Shown here: positions 40,143-52,882 of the stretch, piece by piece | Layout of the letters: the number at the start of each line of letters is the position of its first letter | Numbering within the stretch: position 1 is the first letter of the stretch | Assembly: GCF_963853765.1 (NCBI RefSeq) | Contig: NC_088859.1 | Location: forward strand, 37,138,001 to 37,202,000 | Source: Magallana gigas | Lineage: Eukaryota | Direction: 5' to 3' | DNA length: 64,000 nucleotides | The notes under the pieces: model-generated | Seen by the model: the letters and a program-made list of their open reading frames with translations, nothing else | Told to the model about the DNA's origin: nothing | Database searches by the model: none | Program-made: the position numbers and the translations under genes

Positions 40143-41529
40143 GACCTGCGACCGACAGGATTTCAAGTTGTTAATGTATGATTTGTAAATTTTCCGTGTT
40201 CTTTTCGCGACTCAATCTGTTGACAGAATTTAATGAAACAGATGTATGAAACTCTTTTTCCCTTGACGTGATAGCTATATAGATATAATGTATCGCGTGT
40301 AGTGGTGTGACAAAGATAGAAAAAAATCGCCTATATGTTTTGAATTTAATGGACCGGCGTTACTCACGGCTGAAAGTTGATTTTTCTTAAAGATAACACG
40401 CTCTCAAAACATTTTTGTCCGGTGGTAGAGTTTTCTCAAGTCAATTTCTTTAAAAGAGATTTGAGCGTTTTTCAATGTTTTTTCACTTGGTTGTAAAGTT
40501 TAACCATTGTTCTTCATTTTCAAAATGTTAGATTAAGATATTTTCTTGATATGATATAGTAATTGTTGTCTACATGTCCGATGCAAGTATAAATTTCTAA
40601 TAATTATGTGTCTTATAAATAAATAACATTAATATGATCGGTCAAAATCTGGTATTCATGAACTGTTGAATACAATTGGGATATAATATGCGATAATGAT
40701 ATATGCCTTCAAGTTGTTAGCTTAAACTATGTTTAGTTTTAAGGATGAAAAACATAGCATTCATAGATACCGAGGCACGAAGGAATTCGTATTTTAGATT
40801 GCTTGTAGAGAATTCTTTTAAAAATAAATTATATTAACTATTATATATGATTGTTTCACGACAGAGTTGAAGATTTCTGATATATAACAATTTAATAAAA
40901 CATATAATTCCTGATGTCGGTTTGACTGATATATTATTTCACACACGAAGGCGAAAAAAGAATAATACTTACTCATTGGTTCGCTGACTACATTTCATTA
41001 ATAAAAAAGATAAAATTAAAATCAGTTTGATACATTGATTTTGATTTGTTCCATATAATGTAAACATTTAGAATATTTGAATCTCTGCTAGGATTGATCT
41101 GTTGTTATGGATACTGCACTAAGCTAATTATCTTAAAATATGATTTAAAAATATGAGGAAGGAAATCTCAGTTGCACATGATTTTCTTCATAAACTGTGT
41201 TTGTTCCAATAAAGAAAACTTTGTTTTTGTTACAATTAAATGGATTATGTAAAAGAATGTGCGATTAAATAACAGTTGAGATCCATTACAAAGGACAATA
41301 TGGCGATAAGAAAATGTTTTAAAATAATATACTTGATCGATTATTTAATAATTCTTATATATATATAATTATTTTGTACAGATTTACATACGCATACAAA
41401 TGTTGTTCATGATTTTCAATTTGACGATAATAAAAAATATATATACATTAAAAAATTAGCTTTCACATTTTAATGTTGCACAAACTATTAAATTTCTAGC
41501 ATATTTCAAAATCAGTTAATACAGGCTTT

Positions 41530-44500
41530 ATTTAAACAATATTTTATTATGTTAAAAAATATTACATAATAGGATTGGGCAGCAGGCAATCTGCCTATTT
41601 GAGCCCTCTCCTTTAACAGTCAATATGACAAACATTGATGGTACAATGTAACAATAGAATAAAGTAGAGAAAGACAAAGGAAAAATAAGTGGAATTAAGA
41701 TGCTTGGTACCGGGTATTATTTATGTACAAAATGAAAAATAGTTGTAGAAAGCTAGCAGTTCAGCTGTTTGAGTGACACTGTGAATAATGCATTAAAACT
41801 TAAATCTTTTGGTAGGTAATATATATGATCATGTACAATCTTAAATATAGCAACATTTTTGTTATAAGGCAAACTACTGTCCCCATATAACAATAAGTCC
41901 AGAGAGATGGGGATATCTAAATGTAAATTACTTATTGACTGTATAAAAACTTGCCTCTGTGCATCATAATGTGGACAGACAAAAAAATAATGATAAGCAT
42001 TTTCAGATACATAAACACACATATCACAAATAGAATTTTCACACAAAAAATGATTGAATAGGTCAGCATTTAAATTGCTTGCATTATTTCTTATCTGACA
42101 ATGTATAATATTTGCTTTTCTGTTTCCAAAGTCATAAAGTTTGTTTGGCTTTCTAAAGAATATGTTTTTTATGGCTTTTTTGAATGAAGACTCAGTTGGT
42201 AAAATTCTAATGTGAAGAGGTAATTCATTCCATACTTTTATAGACGAAGGTAGAAAACTGTTCATAAAGGCAGTTGTTTTTATCTGGGGTATAACAAATT
42301 TAAAATCATCTTGGTGTCTTAGTGAGTAATTATTTTGCGGTGTACATGGCATAAGTAAATCCTGTAGATATTTGGGGGCAAGACCATGGACCATTTTATA
42401 AAATAATGTGAGTTTATGAACCTTTCTTCTATCTGATAGTAGATCAATACCCAATTTATATCATATAGAGCTGACCTGGATGAGTTACTTCTAAGACCTG
42501 ATATAATCCTTGCAGCAGTTACTTGAATATCTTCTAGAAGTTTAACTTCTCCATCTGAACAATTATCCCAAACTAAATCAGCATATTCTAAAACTGGTCT
42601 AATAAATGAAAAATATATTTTCTTAGAGAGCATCTACATAGCTTATATTTAACAAGTTTCAATAGGTTTAACCTTATACAAGCTTTTTCATGAATAGAAT
42701 TAATATGTTGTTTCCAACCTCCATCATATTGGAGATTTACACCAAGATGGATGTGACTATCAACTTTTTGTATAAATGGACCATGGACACCAAACTGCAC
42801 AGGGGGATGCGATATATTTTTTCTACTAAAATCAAGGTTTTTGGTTTTACTGGGATTAAAATCAACTGCCCATATGTCAGACCATTTACATATTTTGTCA
42901 AGATCAGAAACAAGTGAATTTGTTACAGCCGGTGTGTCATTGTCAACAATAACATATATAGAAGTGTCATCAGCAAAAAGACGAAGATTGTTTGATATAT
43001 CATAAGACAGGTCATTAATATATAATAAAAATAAAAATGGACCAAGAACAGATCCTTGGGGAACACCTGAGGTAGTATGTCTGAGTGATGAGGAAAAACC
43101 ATCCAAAAAGACTTTTTGCTTCCTTTCTACTAAACAGTTCTCAACCCAGTTAGTAATTTGATTGCAAATGCCATATAGTTTTAATTTATATAATACACCT
43201 TTGTGCCATACCCTGTCAAAGGCTTTACTGATATCGCAAAAAACAAATCTCACATCTTTACCTTTATCAAGACTGGATATGATAGTATTATAAATTATAA
43301 ATTGGTAAGTTGTAGAATCTCCAGGTTGAAACCCAGACTGGTATTTGTAAATAATTTTATTTTCAAAGAGATAGTTGTGAATATGTTTAAAGATAATTTT
43401 TTCAAGGATCTTGCACAGTATTGAAGTAATAGATATGGGTCTGTAATTATTAACTTCTTGCGCACAACCCTTATTTTTGTATACTGGTGTTATATGGGAA
43501 ATTTTCCACATGCTAGGGAGTTTACCCAAGCATAGGGAAAGATTAAATAGTTTTGTAAGGGGTTTAACAATAGATAAAGATATATTTTTTATGATAAGGG
43601 GTGATATACCATCTGGACCCGAGGGTTTGTTTACATTTAAAATATGAATTTGATCCAATACCTCTTGGTCAGAGATTATAAGATTGTTCATATGGTTCGG
43701 TGGCCCAGGTCCATGTAACGGAGGGTCAGGGAGCTTAGGCTCTACAGGCAAGGATGAGATTTCAGCAAAATACTTGTTAAATGCATTAGCTTTGTCAACT
43801 GGATGAAACAGAGTTTGACCAGATGCTTTAAGAGGGGGTAGTGGTTTATGGCTATTATTTAGTTTAGTCAAAGATTTAATAATCCTCCACCATTTGGCAG
43901 GGGGTATTGTTTTATCAATCTGTGCTGTAAGTTTTTTATTGTAATTATCTCTAAAACGCCTAATTTCATCTATGACTCTATTTCTTAGGTATCTATAATT
44001 TCCCCAGTGAACAGGATTTTGAGTTTTACAAGCTTTGTGATGCATACGATTTCTTTTCCTCATTAATTTCCGAATTGTATTATTCATAAATGCTTTATCT
44101 CTAGGACGAACTGTAATAATTTTTGATGGTATGTGCTTATTAATGCATTCATTGGTTTTATCTAAAAAAAGATTTGTATATGTCATCAATGTTTTCCCCT
44201 TGGAAGACATCTTCCTCCCAATTAACCTGTCTAATGTCTTCATTAATTGCATTGTAATTAGCATATTTATAATCCCTCACTGTGCGCTTGTATGCATATT
44301 GCTTGAATGATTGAAATTTGATCTCAGTGCCTATTGTCGAATGAGTACTGCAAAATGGTGGAAGAATAAATGAATCTATAACTAGACTAGAGTTGTTGGT
44401 AAGGATAAGGTCAATACAGGTACCAGTGCTAACTGTAAAATTTGTGACATCATGAATTAAATTATCAAGACCAAGTCTTTGCACCATTTGTCGAAAATTA

Positions 44501-46140
44501 GTACCTTGATCACTCAAGACATTGACATTGAAATCTCCTAATAAAAACACTGGTAATTCACATTGTGCTACTTTTTCAAGATTTGAACAAAAAGGGTTCC
44601 AATAATCTGCCAGAGCACTTGGTGGTCGGTACAAAACACCAACAAGAATTTTTTTTACAATTAACATTAATTTCAGCCCATAGAATTTCTAAACCAGGGG
44701 TTGATAAATCAATTCGTTCAATAAAAGATAAATAACTTGAAATGTATATTGCAACACCTCCTCCTCGTCTTTTTCTGTCTTTCCTAAGAGGAGGGTAAAA
44801 ACCATCAATTACAATTGAGTCACTTTGAATAGAGTTGTCAAGATGTGTTTCACTTATACATATAACATCAAAATTAGACATTTCAGCAGTAACAATGTCC
44901 ACTTTTGGATATAAACTACAAACATTGTTGTGTGCAATACGAATAGAACTAAGTTTAACATTGGGCAAATCTGAGCCAGGCCCAGGGTTTTTTTCAACAC
45001 CTCCAAGAATTAACAATAATTATACAATAACGCCGTTGCTAAAAATTGCATCGTATTTAGAACATATCAAGAAAAGCTGAACATACCTTGGAATAATTAA
45101 TGTCCATGGCCTAGAATAAATTAAGTTTTTTTCAATCAAAAGTATCAAAAACAATGATGAACATATTATTCAGCATGGCCATGGACACAAGTAGTAGTCA
45201 GATGTATACATAAGACAGAAAATATAGGAACTGGTACCAACAAAGAGCAACAAATTCCGGAATGGAAAAATTGGGAGAAAAAATTAAACAAAGAAAAATG
45301 AACATATATACATGACAAAATAGCAATGATAGAAGCATGTAGGAATGTTTGCGTGTAATGAAAATGACATCATATCGTTTACCTATACAATGTGAAACGA
45401 AAGAGTTTGAGAATGGCCTGGACATTAGGATTTTAACAGCTGATAATCAGCTGACAAGGAATAGTGATTACACTTCCGAAGTTTCAAGGATCTGTGTACG
45501 CTGTTCACCAAGAAGTTCAATGGACAGCACGTCATCATCACTTCGGATCAATGATTTGGGACCACCTTGCGTTTTTTTGACGAAGATATTTCCCTCATAT
45601 GTCCAACACGAGTCAATTAGGCCATCTCTTTTGCACTAAAGCAGACGCGAAAACATCTTGGCGCGATTCTTGGTCAGTGCCTCATTGACGAAAACCTTAT
45701 ATCCACTCGAGGGGTTGTTGTTGTAGTTCTTGAGATTTTTCTTATTGCCATACACAGGGCACGGTCACGGTACCGCACGAAATTTACGATGATGTCTCTC
45801 GGTTGGTCGTTGCGGGAGCGTGGCTTTGGCCCAAGGCGATGTGAGTTACTGATGGTCCATGGGTTGAGGGTGGTACCAGTGGACTTCAGGATTACTTTGT
45901 TACATAGGTTGAGGATCAATTGGTCTGTGTTTTCTGGGTCTCCTTTTCAGTTTTGTGGGCTTTTTGCAATGCCAGAAAATTTTAGACAATTTTTTCTGGA
46001 ATACTGAGACATATCGTCAATTTGGCGATGCAGGTCTTTTATTTCAGCTCTCATTCTGTCAACTTCAGGAACAAGCTCCATCGCCAGAGCGTTAATACAG
46101 GCTTTAAATAATGAAGGGCATATTAAAAGCTTATACATTT
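41530..46140 (-). mobile_element. CR1/L2-group non-LTR retrotransposon, near full length, inactivated by frameshifts
   Basis: ORF1 remnants (DDMSQYSRKNCLKFSGI, SHRLG, RDIIV) lie at about 45400-46138. ORF2 is split over 45016-44576 and 44667-44158 (APE endonuclease: SETHL, GGGVAIY, GVLYRPP, LLGDFN, CIDLILTN), 44264-42588 (RT: YRPISITSILCKILEK, DISKAFDRVWH, GVPQGSVLGP, FADDT), 42633-42319 and 42454-41753 (C-terminal CxxC..H..C). The 3' UTR ends near 41530. Confidence 0.9.
44978..45019 (-). other. 2A-like (StopGo) peptide motif at the start of LINE ORF2: LLLILGGVEKNPGP
   Basis: It matches (G)D(V/I)ExNPGP except for D>G (codon GGT, one change from GAT) and lies directly upstream of the endonuclease domain. 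Confidence 0.7.
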
Positions 46141-46572
46141 ATTACTTATTATTCATAAACTATCCTACTTGTTCAAAGCATTGCTCTGTGTATATCAGTA
46201 AAACGTTTAAAAACTGAATTAAAGTCATATTACTTCAAGCGAGGTCATACGAAGAGAAGAACACATGAAAAAATGTATTTCATGTCATCTTTTCTACAAG
46301 ATATTAACTATTCTTTTGTACCTGGATCATTTTTTAAAAAATCTCGATTTTTTTAAAGTGACATTCAAAACTTACATTATATACATGTCAAGTTATTTAA
46401 CATCATTGTTCTTTTGCTTCGTAATTTTGATTTTCATTGTATATATTTCTTATATGTGTGTGATTATTATGAAATACACATAAAGATTACATTTCAAACT
46501 TTAAAGTATTATTATTTGAAGAATATCTATTAATCATACAAACAAGCAGACAAACTTTATATGTAAATATAT

Positions 46573-47295
46573 TGTAACAATTTTATGTTATGTAATGTTA
46601 AATCATGCGTACGGCACATGACGACTGTGTTTGTATTGTCGCCTAGCAACCAGCTGAGATTGTCACGTGACCCACAGAGGGTATTTAAACGAGCGCGTCG
46701 CAGCTGCAGCGTTTTTTTCCCTAGCAGTATTGAAAGAGAAAGACCGAGAGAGAAATTGCGAGACTACGGTAAGGGTTTGGTAGGTGGGTTGCCTTGAGAG
46801 GGAGGCTTACCACATTTTCATAGTTAATAGGACCAATCGTGTTTGACCACTAGTTGGTTATTATAGAGGCTGTCCTCTCGGAGGTTAGCCTAGCTTAGTT
46901 GTCGCTGATACTCTAGTAGTATTAGGGAAGGGGTACGCCTTTGGTTAGAGGTTGTATACTGTCCGTCCTGCATAAGGCATTAACACAGTGACTGCCTCTA
47001 CTAAGGGTTTACCTCTTCAGTAGGTTATCCAGCTAGGGCGTGCCGCGGGTATTCACTACCGCCTGAATAAGGCATATAATAGTGTTTACCTCGTGGTATT
47101 AATAAAGTTACAATCCCGGCCGACCAGATTCATTTGTGATTTTACCCTAAGTAAGGGAAGGCCATTTTGTAAATATTTGTAGGCCAATTGTAATCACCGA
47201 TCATTTTAGAGAGGAAAATTATTATTATTTGATATTTTTTATATTCAACCCCAGACCCTAGAATTGACTAGGTACGGACCCCTCGACGCGTTACA
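46573..47295 (+). mobile_element. Solo LTR (Gypsy-type by its 4-bp TSD), 723 bp
   Basis: The termini TGTAAC...GTTACA are inverted, with ATAT on both flanks (46569-72, 47296-99). A TATA-like TATTTAAA is at 46682 and AATAAA at 47101. GC content is higher than the flanks, and no gag/pol is present. Confidence 0.82.
46638..46689 (+). promoter_or_regulatory. LTR U3 promoter: RFX X-box, palindromic E-box and TATA-like box
   Basis: GTCGCCTAGCAAC (46638-46650) fits GTNRCC-N-RGYAAC. GTCACGTGAC is at 46662-46671 and TATTTAAA at 46682-46689. Confidence 0.55.
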
Positions 47296-48576
47296 ATATT
47301 GTTTTATATCAATAAATAGAATTTACAAAAACAAAAATCCTATAGAAATGTTTAAACTTGATAAATGATTTGCGAATTTTTATAAATGATTTCAGTTTGT
47401 AAATTTTTGGTCATATTTTTGTCATTGATCTTTGACGTTTAATTAAAGTTCGTAAAAACTATTTTTTTTCACTTTAATGCTCTATAACTTTTACATTGTA
47501 CTGAAATTTTCTTTTGAATGAAATTGATATGATGGTATTAAAGCATTATTTAAATAGTCAATTGATGGTAAACCAAGGGTTACAAGATGCCAAAAAAATC
47601 ATTTCATCTGTTTTCAGCATTTTCTAACTTTTCAAAGGGAGGTAACTTGTAAAACTCCAAATATTTTGTTCTAATAATTTCCTTTTATTTTTTTTTTTTA
47701 ATTTCACCATCGAAATTTTTTTTAAATGCTCAATCTTTATTACACATGAATTGATTATTATTATGTTAAAATTTGGAAATAATCTTGTGGCTACTTTTTT
47801 ATTTGTTTTACATATTTGCATTTGTATGACATACATAATTTTTGTAAAAATTGTGATATTTTTCTTTATAACAAATAATGTTAAGTTTTTTCTTAATTAT
47901 TGTGTTAATTTTTTGTGATGTTATTGGTATGTTTTTGCCTTAATTTATATTTCAAATATTTTTCATTTGTTTTTTTTTTTACATAACGTGCATTTCTTCA
48001 GATGCAATAAATGATCAAATTACCGATGATTGTGATGTGGTCTTCCATATTAAAATGTAAATAAGATTATATGAAACATTTCTGCAATTTGGTGAATTTT
48101 GGAGAAATTTTTTTGGGACCCCTCAGCCTCCTTAATATGAACTTACCCTTAGGGTAAGGTAGGAATTTTAAGGTACATTTGCAGACAAAACAAGAAGTTA
48201 AAAAATGTAAATATAAGCATTAAATCATGAAATTTTGAAAGATACAATTTCATACTGCAGCGATGCTAATGCGCGATACTCAATTTGAATGCACACACCC
48301 CTGCAGTTATGAGACTGTATCTTTCAAAAAATCATGATTCAATGCTATAATATATACATGCGATACATGGAAACCACTGTGACATCTATAATTCGGCTGT
48401 TAATGATAATGCATTACAAATATGAAGGTCGATGCATTGTATATGATTTTGATATAAAACCCCTTATACCATTTACTGCAAAGCATGTATAATTTTATCC
48501 CGTTATTTCTAAAATCAAAGTACTGAAGTACTGAAAACCGGGCTCTTTTGGTGTGTCTTAATGTATATTGTGTAGT

Positions 48577-48581
<5 letters not shown>

Positions 48582-48627
<46 letters not shown>
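48582..48627. repeat. (CT)n microsatellite
   Basis: Directly visible. Confidence 0.95.
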
Positions 48628-48629
<2 letters not shown>

Positions 48630-49670
48630 GCTTTTAATGTCGGAAAAGCGTCAGAGAGCGACGAAATTTTGTAAGTGGCTATAAACAAAAATATGTCTGT
48701 CTAGTAGAAAAAAAATTAACAGTTGCTGCCTTGAATTTTGCAACAAGCGTTATATATTCGATCCCCATTTCTTCAACGCGCAGCAAAGTAGTTCATGAAA
48801 ATTCACGCGCATTGTATGTGTCCAAAATGCATAGTCTTGTTTTTAAAACACGTTATTGATAAAAAAAAAAAACTAACTTCAAAAGATCTAGAGAGAATTC
48901 TCTCGATATCAAAAAAAGAAAAGAAACAAAATGTCAATACTTTTGCCAAACGTGGCTCTTTGTGTAACTATTTGGAATAGCGGAAGCTTTTACTTTGACG
49001 TTTGGTTTTTTGTTTACTTTTGAAGTTGTGCTATTTATAGTAACATTGGCGATTTGCCTGCCTACGGCCAGAACTCTGCTTTCAGCAGAACCCGGCTAAA
49101 AACAATCCTAATTTAAGATGTTTCAAAATGAAGTCGAATAAACGAGAATGACTGTTCTACTGCAAAGCAATCAAAACGCTATTATCAAGTTTTGAAGTTA
49201 CATGTATCTTCAGCATGTACGTGGCAATCACAATGCAAAAATTGTATGTATTAATTTCAAGTGTCATGGTTGGGAGGATTGCAAGGCTTGTTGTATTCCT
49301 GTTATTCTTTTACATGCGCTGTATGTCGTTTAACTTTACTTTATTAGATTGTTCGAGCTTGTATGCAAAATGTGGATAATAATTAAGATTTTCCTGTAAT
49401 AAACCCTTGCTAGTTTCTATCATTTTACAACATTCATACAAAGTCTGTTGAAAATTAAATAGCCTTCTGACACATATAATATATTCGAAACTTGATCTGT
49501 CACTTGACAGCTTCGGTTCATTAAGTTTGAATAACTGGGTTTTTAAAAACCACAAATCGGAGAAATTTAGAACACGAAGATTTATACTGCGTTTGGAAGA
49601 AGTTATCATTTGTGTTTTTAAAAATTGGACTTTTCATCAATCTCGGTGCATCTGTTACCGAAGGCGGCAC

Positions 49671-52600
49671 ATGATGGAAAATCCTACAGTTTTTCTTCTG
49701 TATGCCAAGGATGGAATTAAGATTGCAGACACAGTCAAGGAACGTTTGGAACAAAACGAAACTACAGTACATGTTGCAGACGTTTTGAAAATCCATGAAG
49801 AGTTCCCTTCCTCATTATTGGTGCTGTTTTTAACCCCTGAGATGTTATCTCTGTTGAAATCACCAAATGCACCCGATCTCGAAAGTGTGCATCACAAAAG
49901 CAACAAATGTGCTTTATTTTTCCATGATACGATCAATTTCGCTGGAGATCCAGTCCAACAGATTCTTAATCAGAAAGTCCCTTCCTATAAAAATTGGCAA
50001 CCTTTTGTGATAGAAAAGAAAGTTCGTGGAACCGTTCTACAAATCTTAAATCTGATTGAGACGCAGGATGTTGAGATTCCAGACCTTGTGTCCGACTGTA
50101 AACTTTATCCAGATGATGTTTGGGAGGTATGTTTAAAAAAACATAGGAAACTAAGTTTTTTATTTAGTAAATTAGTTAAGTATTAATACTGTGTCATGAA
50201 ATTTTAGGACAAGCAGACTGTGTTCATATCCTTTAACTCCGAGAGAACACAGGAGGACAAGGTGACGGTTGACGTAGATCAAACCTTGTTTGAAGCCACC
50301 TGGGTTAACCCGTACACCTTTATGTTCACATACAAGGGTAAAATAAAGATTCTGATCATTAGAATAGATGTTATGCAAATTATAATGTTTCAATGAAATA
50401 TGTTTATGGCATATGTAATTACTGACATCGGTATTGATAAAACTAAGTCAAGAATAATACATACTAGTATTCAGCAATATGTACTTGCATATTGACAAAC
50501 ATACTATTTTGTGAGAACATTATGGGAAAAATTACTTAGAGTATAGTCATTTGTTTTAAAATTCGGAATTTTTAGCACAATTGCACTAGTGAGCTGTGTT
50601 AGGTCTTATTTTCCGTTAATCTTTGAACTCTATGCAGATTGCAGGGATTCTCCTCAGCATACGGTGACTGTGTGCGCGAACGATGCCTATGTAGGAGCAT
50701 GTAAGGTACTCATCAAGAACAGGGATCAAATTCTCCTAGAAGAAATCAATGACGAGAATTCGTCACTTCATTATTTGCAAGACATCATGCAAACAATTAA
50801 AGACACGGATGTTGAATTACACACAGTTACCACTGATTCCAGAATTCTGAAGGGCACTAGGCAACTATTGAAAAGACTGAACCAGACAGTTTCAAAGGGT
50901 ATATTCATTTATACCTAGCCATTCAAAGCGACAACGATTTAAAGGGAAAACTCAATGTTGACTAAACTACAATTACAGATACTGTCTTGTTCATCAATTT
51001 TATATTTTGTGTTTTAGAAAGTTCCGCCCATGTGAACAAGGGGACTCAAGATAAACAGACCGAGGAAGAGGTGATCTTTAATAATACGACATTTTTTTTT
51101 TGGGGGGGGGGGGTGAGCTTTAGAAGAATCTGATTACAGTTAAGTGTATTCAATTATTTTTTTTTTTTAATAGAGTGCTAAACCTTCACGGCTAGAAAGA
51201 ACCATTCGGGACGTCAGAAATAAATGGGAAGGTATGGTGTCTGGTACGAGTAACACACATTTATTATTAAACAGTCAGTATAATATATGTATAAGGTTTA
51301 ACATGAAAATTATATTATATGTATAAGGTTTAACATGAAAATTATATCGGGTTCAAGTCACGTATCTCTGATTTTAACAAACAGTAAGTTTAATACGATA
51401 TAATAAATGATATAAATTAACAAACTGATTTTCTGTCCAAAGAGTCACAAAGAGTCGTGAATATGTTTACTATTCAAAACTGTGAAGCATATCATGCTTT
51501 GTTAGCAACAGAAAATGAGTTGAACTTGTCTACTAGGTTAATATATGGTGCGATAACATTGCGCAAAAAGATACTTATTATAGTATTTTTTTTTTAAAAT
51601 TCGGACTTATGAGTACAAACACACTAAAGAGCAGTACTGGTTCGTTTTTCTGTTAATCTTTGAACTCTTTGCCGATTGTAGGGATTTTATTCAGCATATC
51701 GTGCTTAGTCAACAATAGAAAATGAGTAAAAATTGTCTACTAGGTTAATAGTATACAAATATTGACTGGGGTTGAGGGCAACATTGATTATATTAGCCCC
51801 CGAGGGACGAAATATTTCCCGACGCGAAGCGGAGGGTAATATTTTCGTCCCAAGGGGGCTAATGTAATCAATGTTGCCCAAAAACACAGTCAACATTTGT
51901 TTTGTTATATGAAGAAACAAACCAAAATTTAAGAAAGTAATTGAAAACAGATCGCCGTAATTTTCTCAGCTCAACGAAGAATTCACGAATTCAATTTTGT
52001 GCAAAGTTCATTTCCAAAATATCCATAGCATCAAACGGTCACTGGTGATATTCCACCGTCCGTAAGAATTAACATACAGATGTTCTACCTGATTTTACTT
52101 CACAGTAATTCGCGAATCCTTATATCCGTTATGATAGCAAACCGTCGCATTGCGCGTCCGTTATTTACTTGCTTTGACTGACTGTCTATTAAAACGTCAC
52201 CTTGTTTTGGAGTCGCGAAGAGTTATTTACGTCATCGTTTACGAATCAACAAATCATAGGCGATTATTTGAAATAGAGGGAATGTTCTCTAGATATTATT
52301 CCTAGCCGGTCAATATCAAAAAAATATTGACCGGTCAATATTTTTCGGACGAGCTAATATTACAATTATTGACTATTCGTCTATAAAGAGTTATATAGTA
52401 AGAATATACTACTGAATATAACAAATGTATTTATTTCAGGAATGAATTTAATTTCGACCTATGTTATACGATTTAACATAACTTGGGACAGTTTACGCTT
52501 TATAAACCGCGAAGCAGTTTATAAAAAAGCGTAAACTGTTCCAAGTTATGTTATACTCGTATAACATAGGTAGAAATTAAATTTATTCCTTATAATTTAA

Positions 52601-52800
52601 TTTTCTACTATTTAAATCAGATAATAAGGCCCATTTATTAGTTAAACTATGTGAATTTGTACAGAATTTAAACGTAACGTCAAGCGGATTAATACATGTA
52701 CCTTTCGCACGCACGTCGTATTGTGACGTAGGCAAGTTATGTTATACGATATATGTGAATTTTTTTAGCCAATCAAATGAGGCGTTACAATCAGAATTAA

Positions 52801-52882
<82 letters not shown>

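Noticed and set aside
49527-49670. N-terminal extension of ORF 49527-50186
   Set aside because: It starts at a non-ATG codon and has no counterpart in copies 2/3. The homologous start is the ATG at 49671.
50312-50325. YTFM as a YxxM PI3K-p85 docking motif in all three modules
   Set aside because: It aligns to a DBB beta-strand (BCAP NEYTI) and is probably structural rather than an exposed phosphosite.
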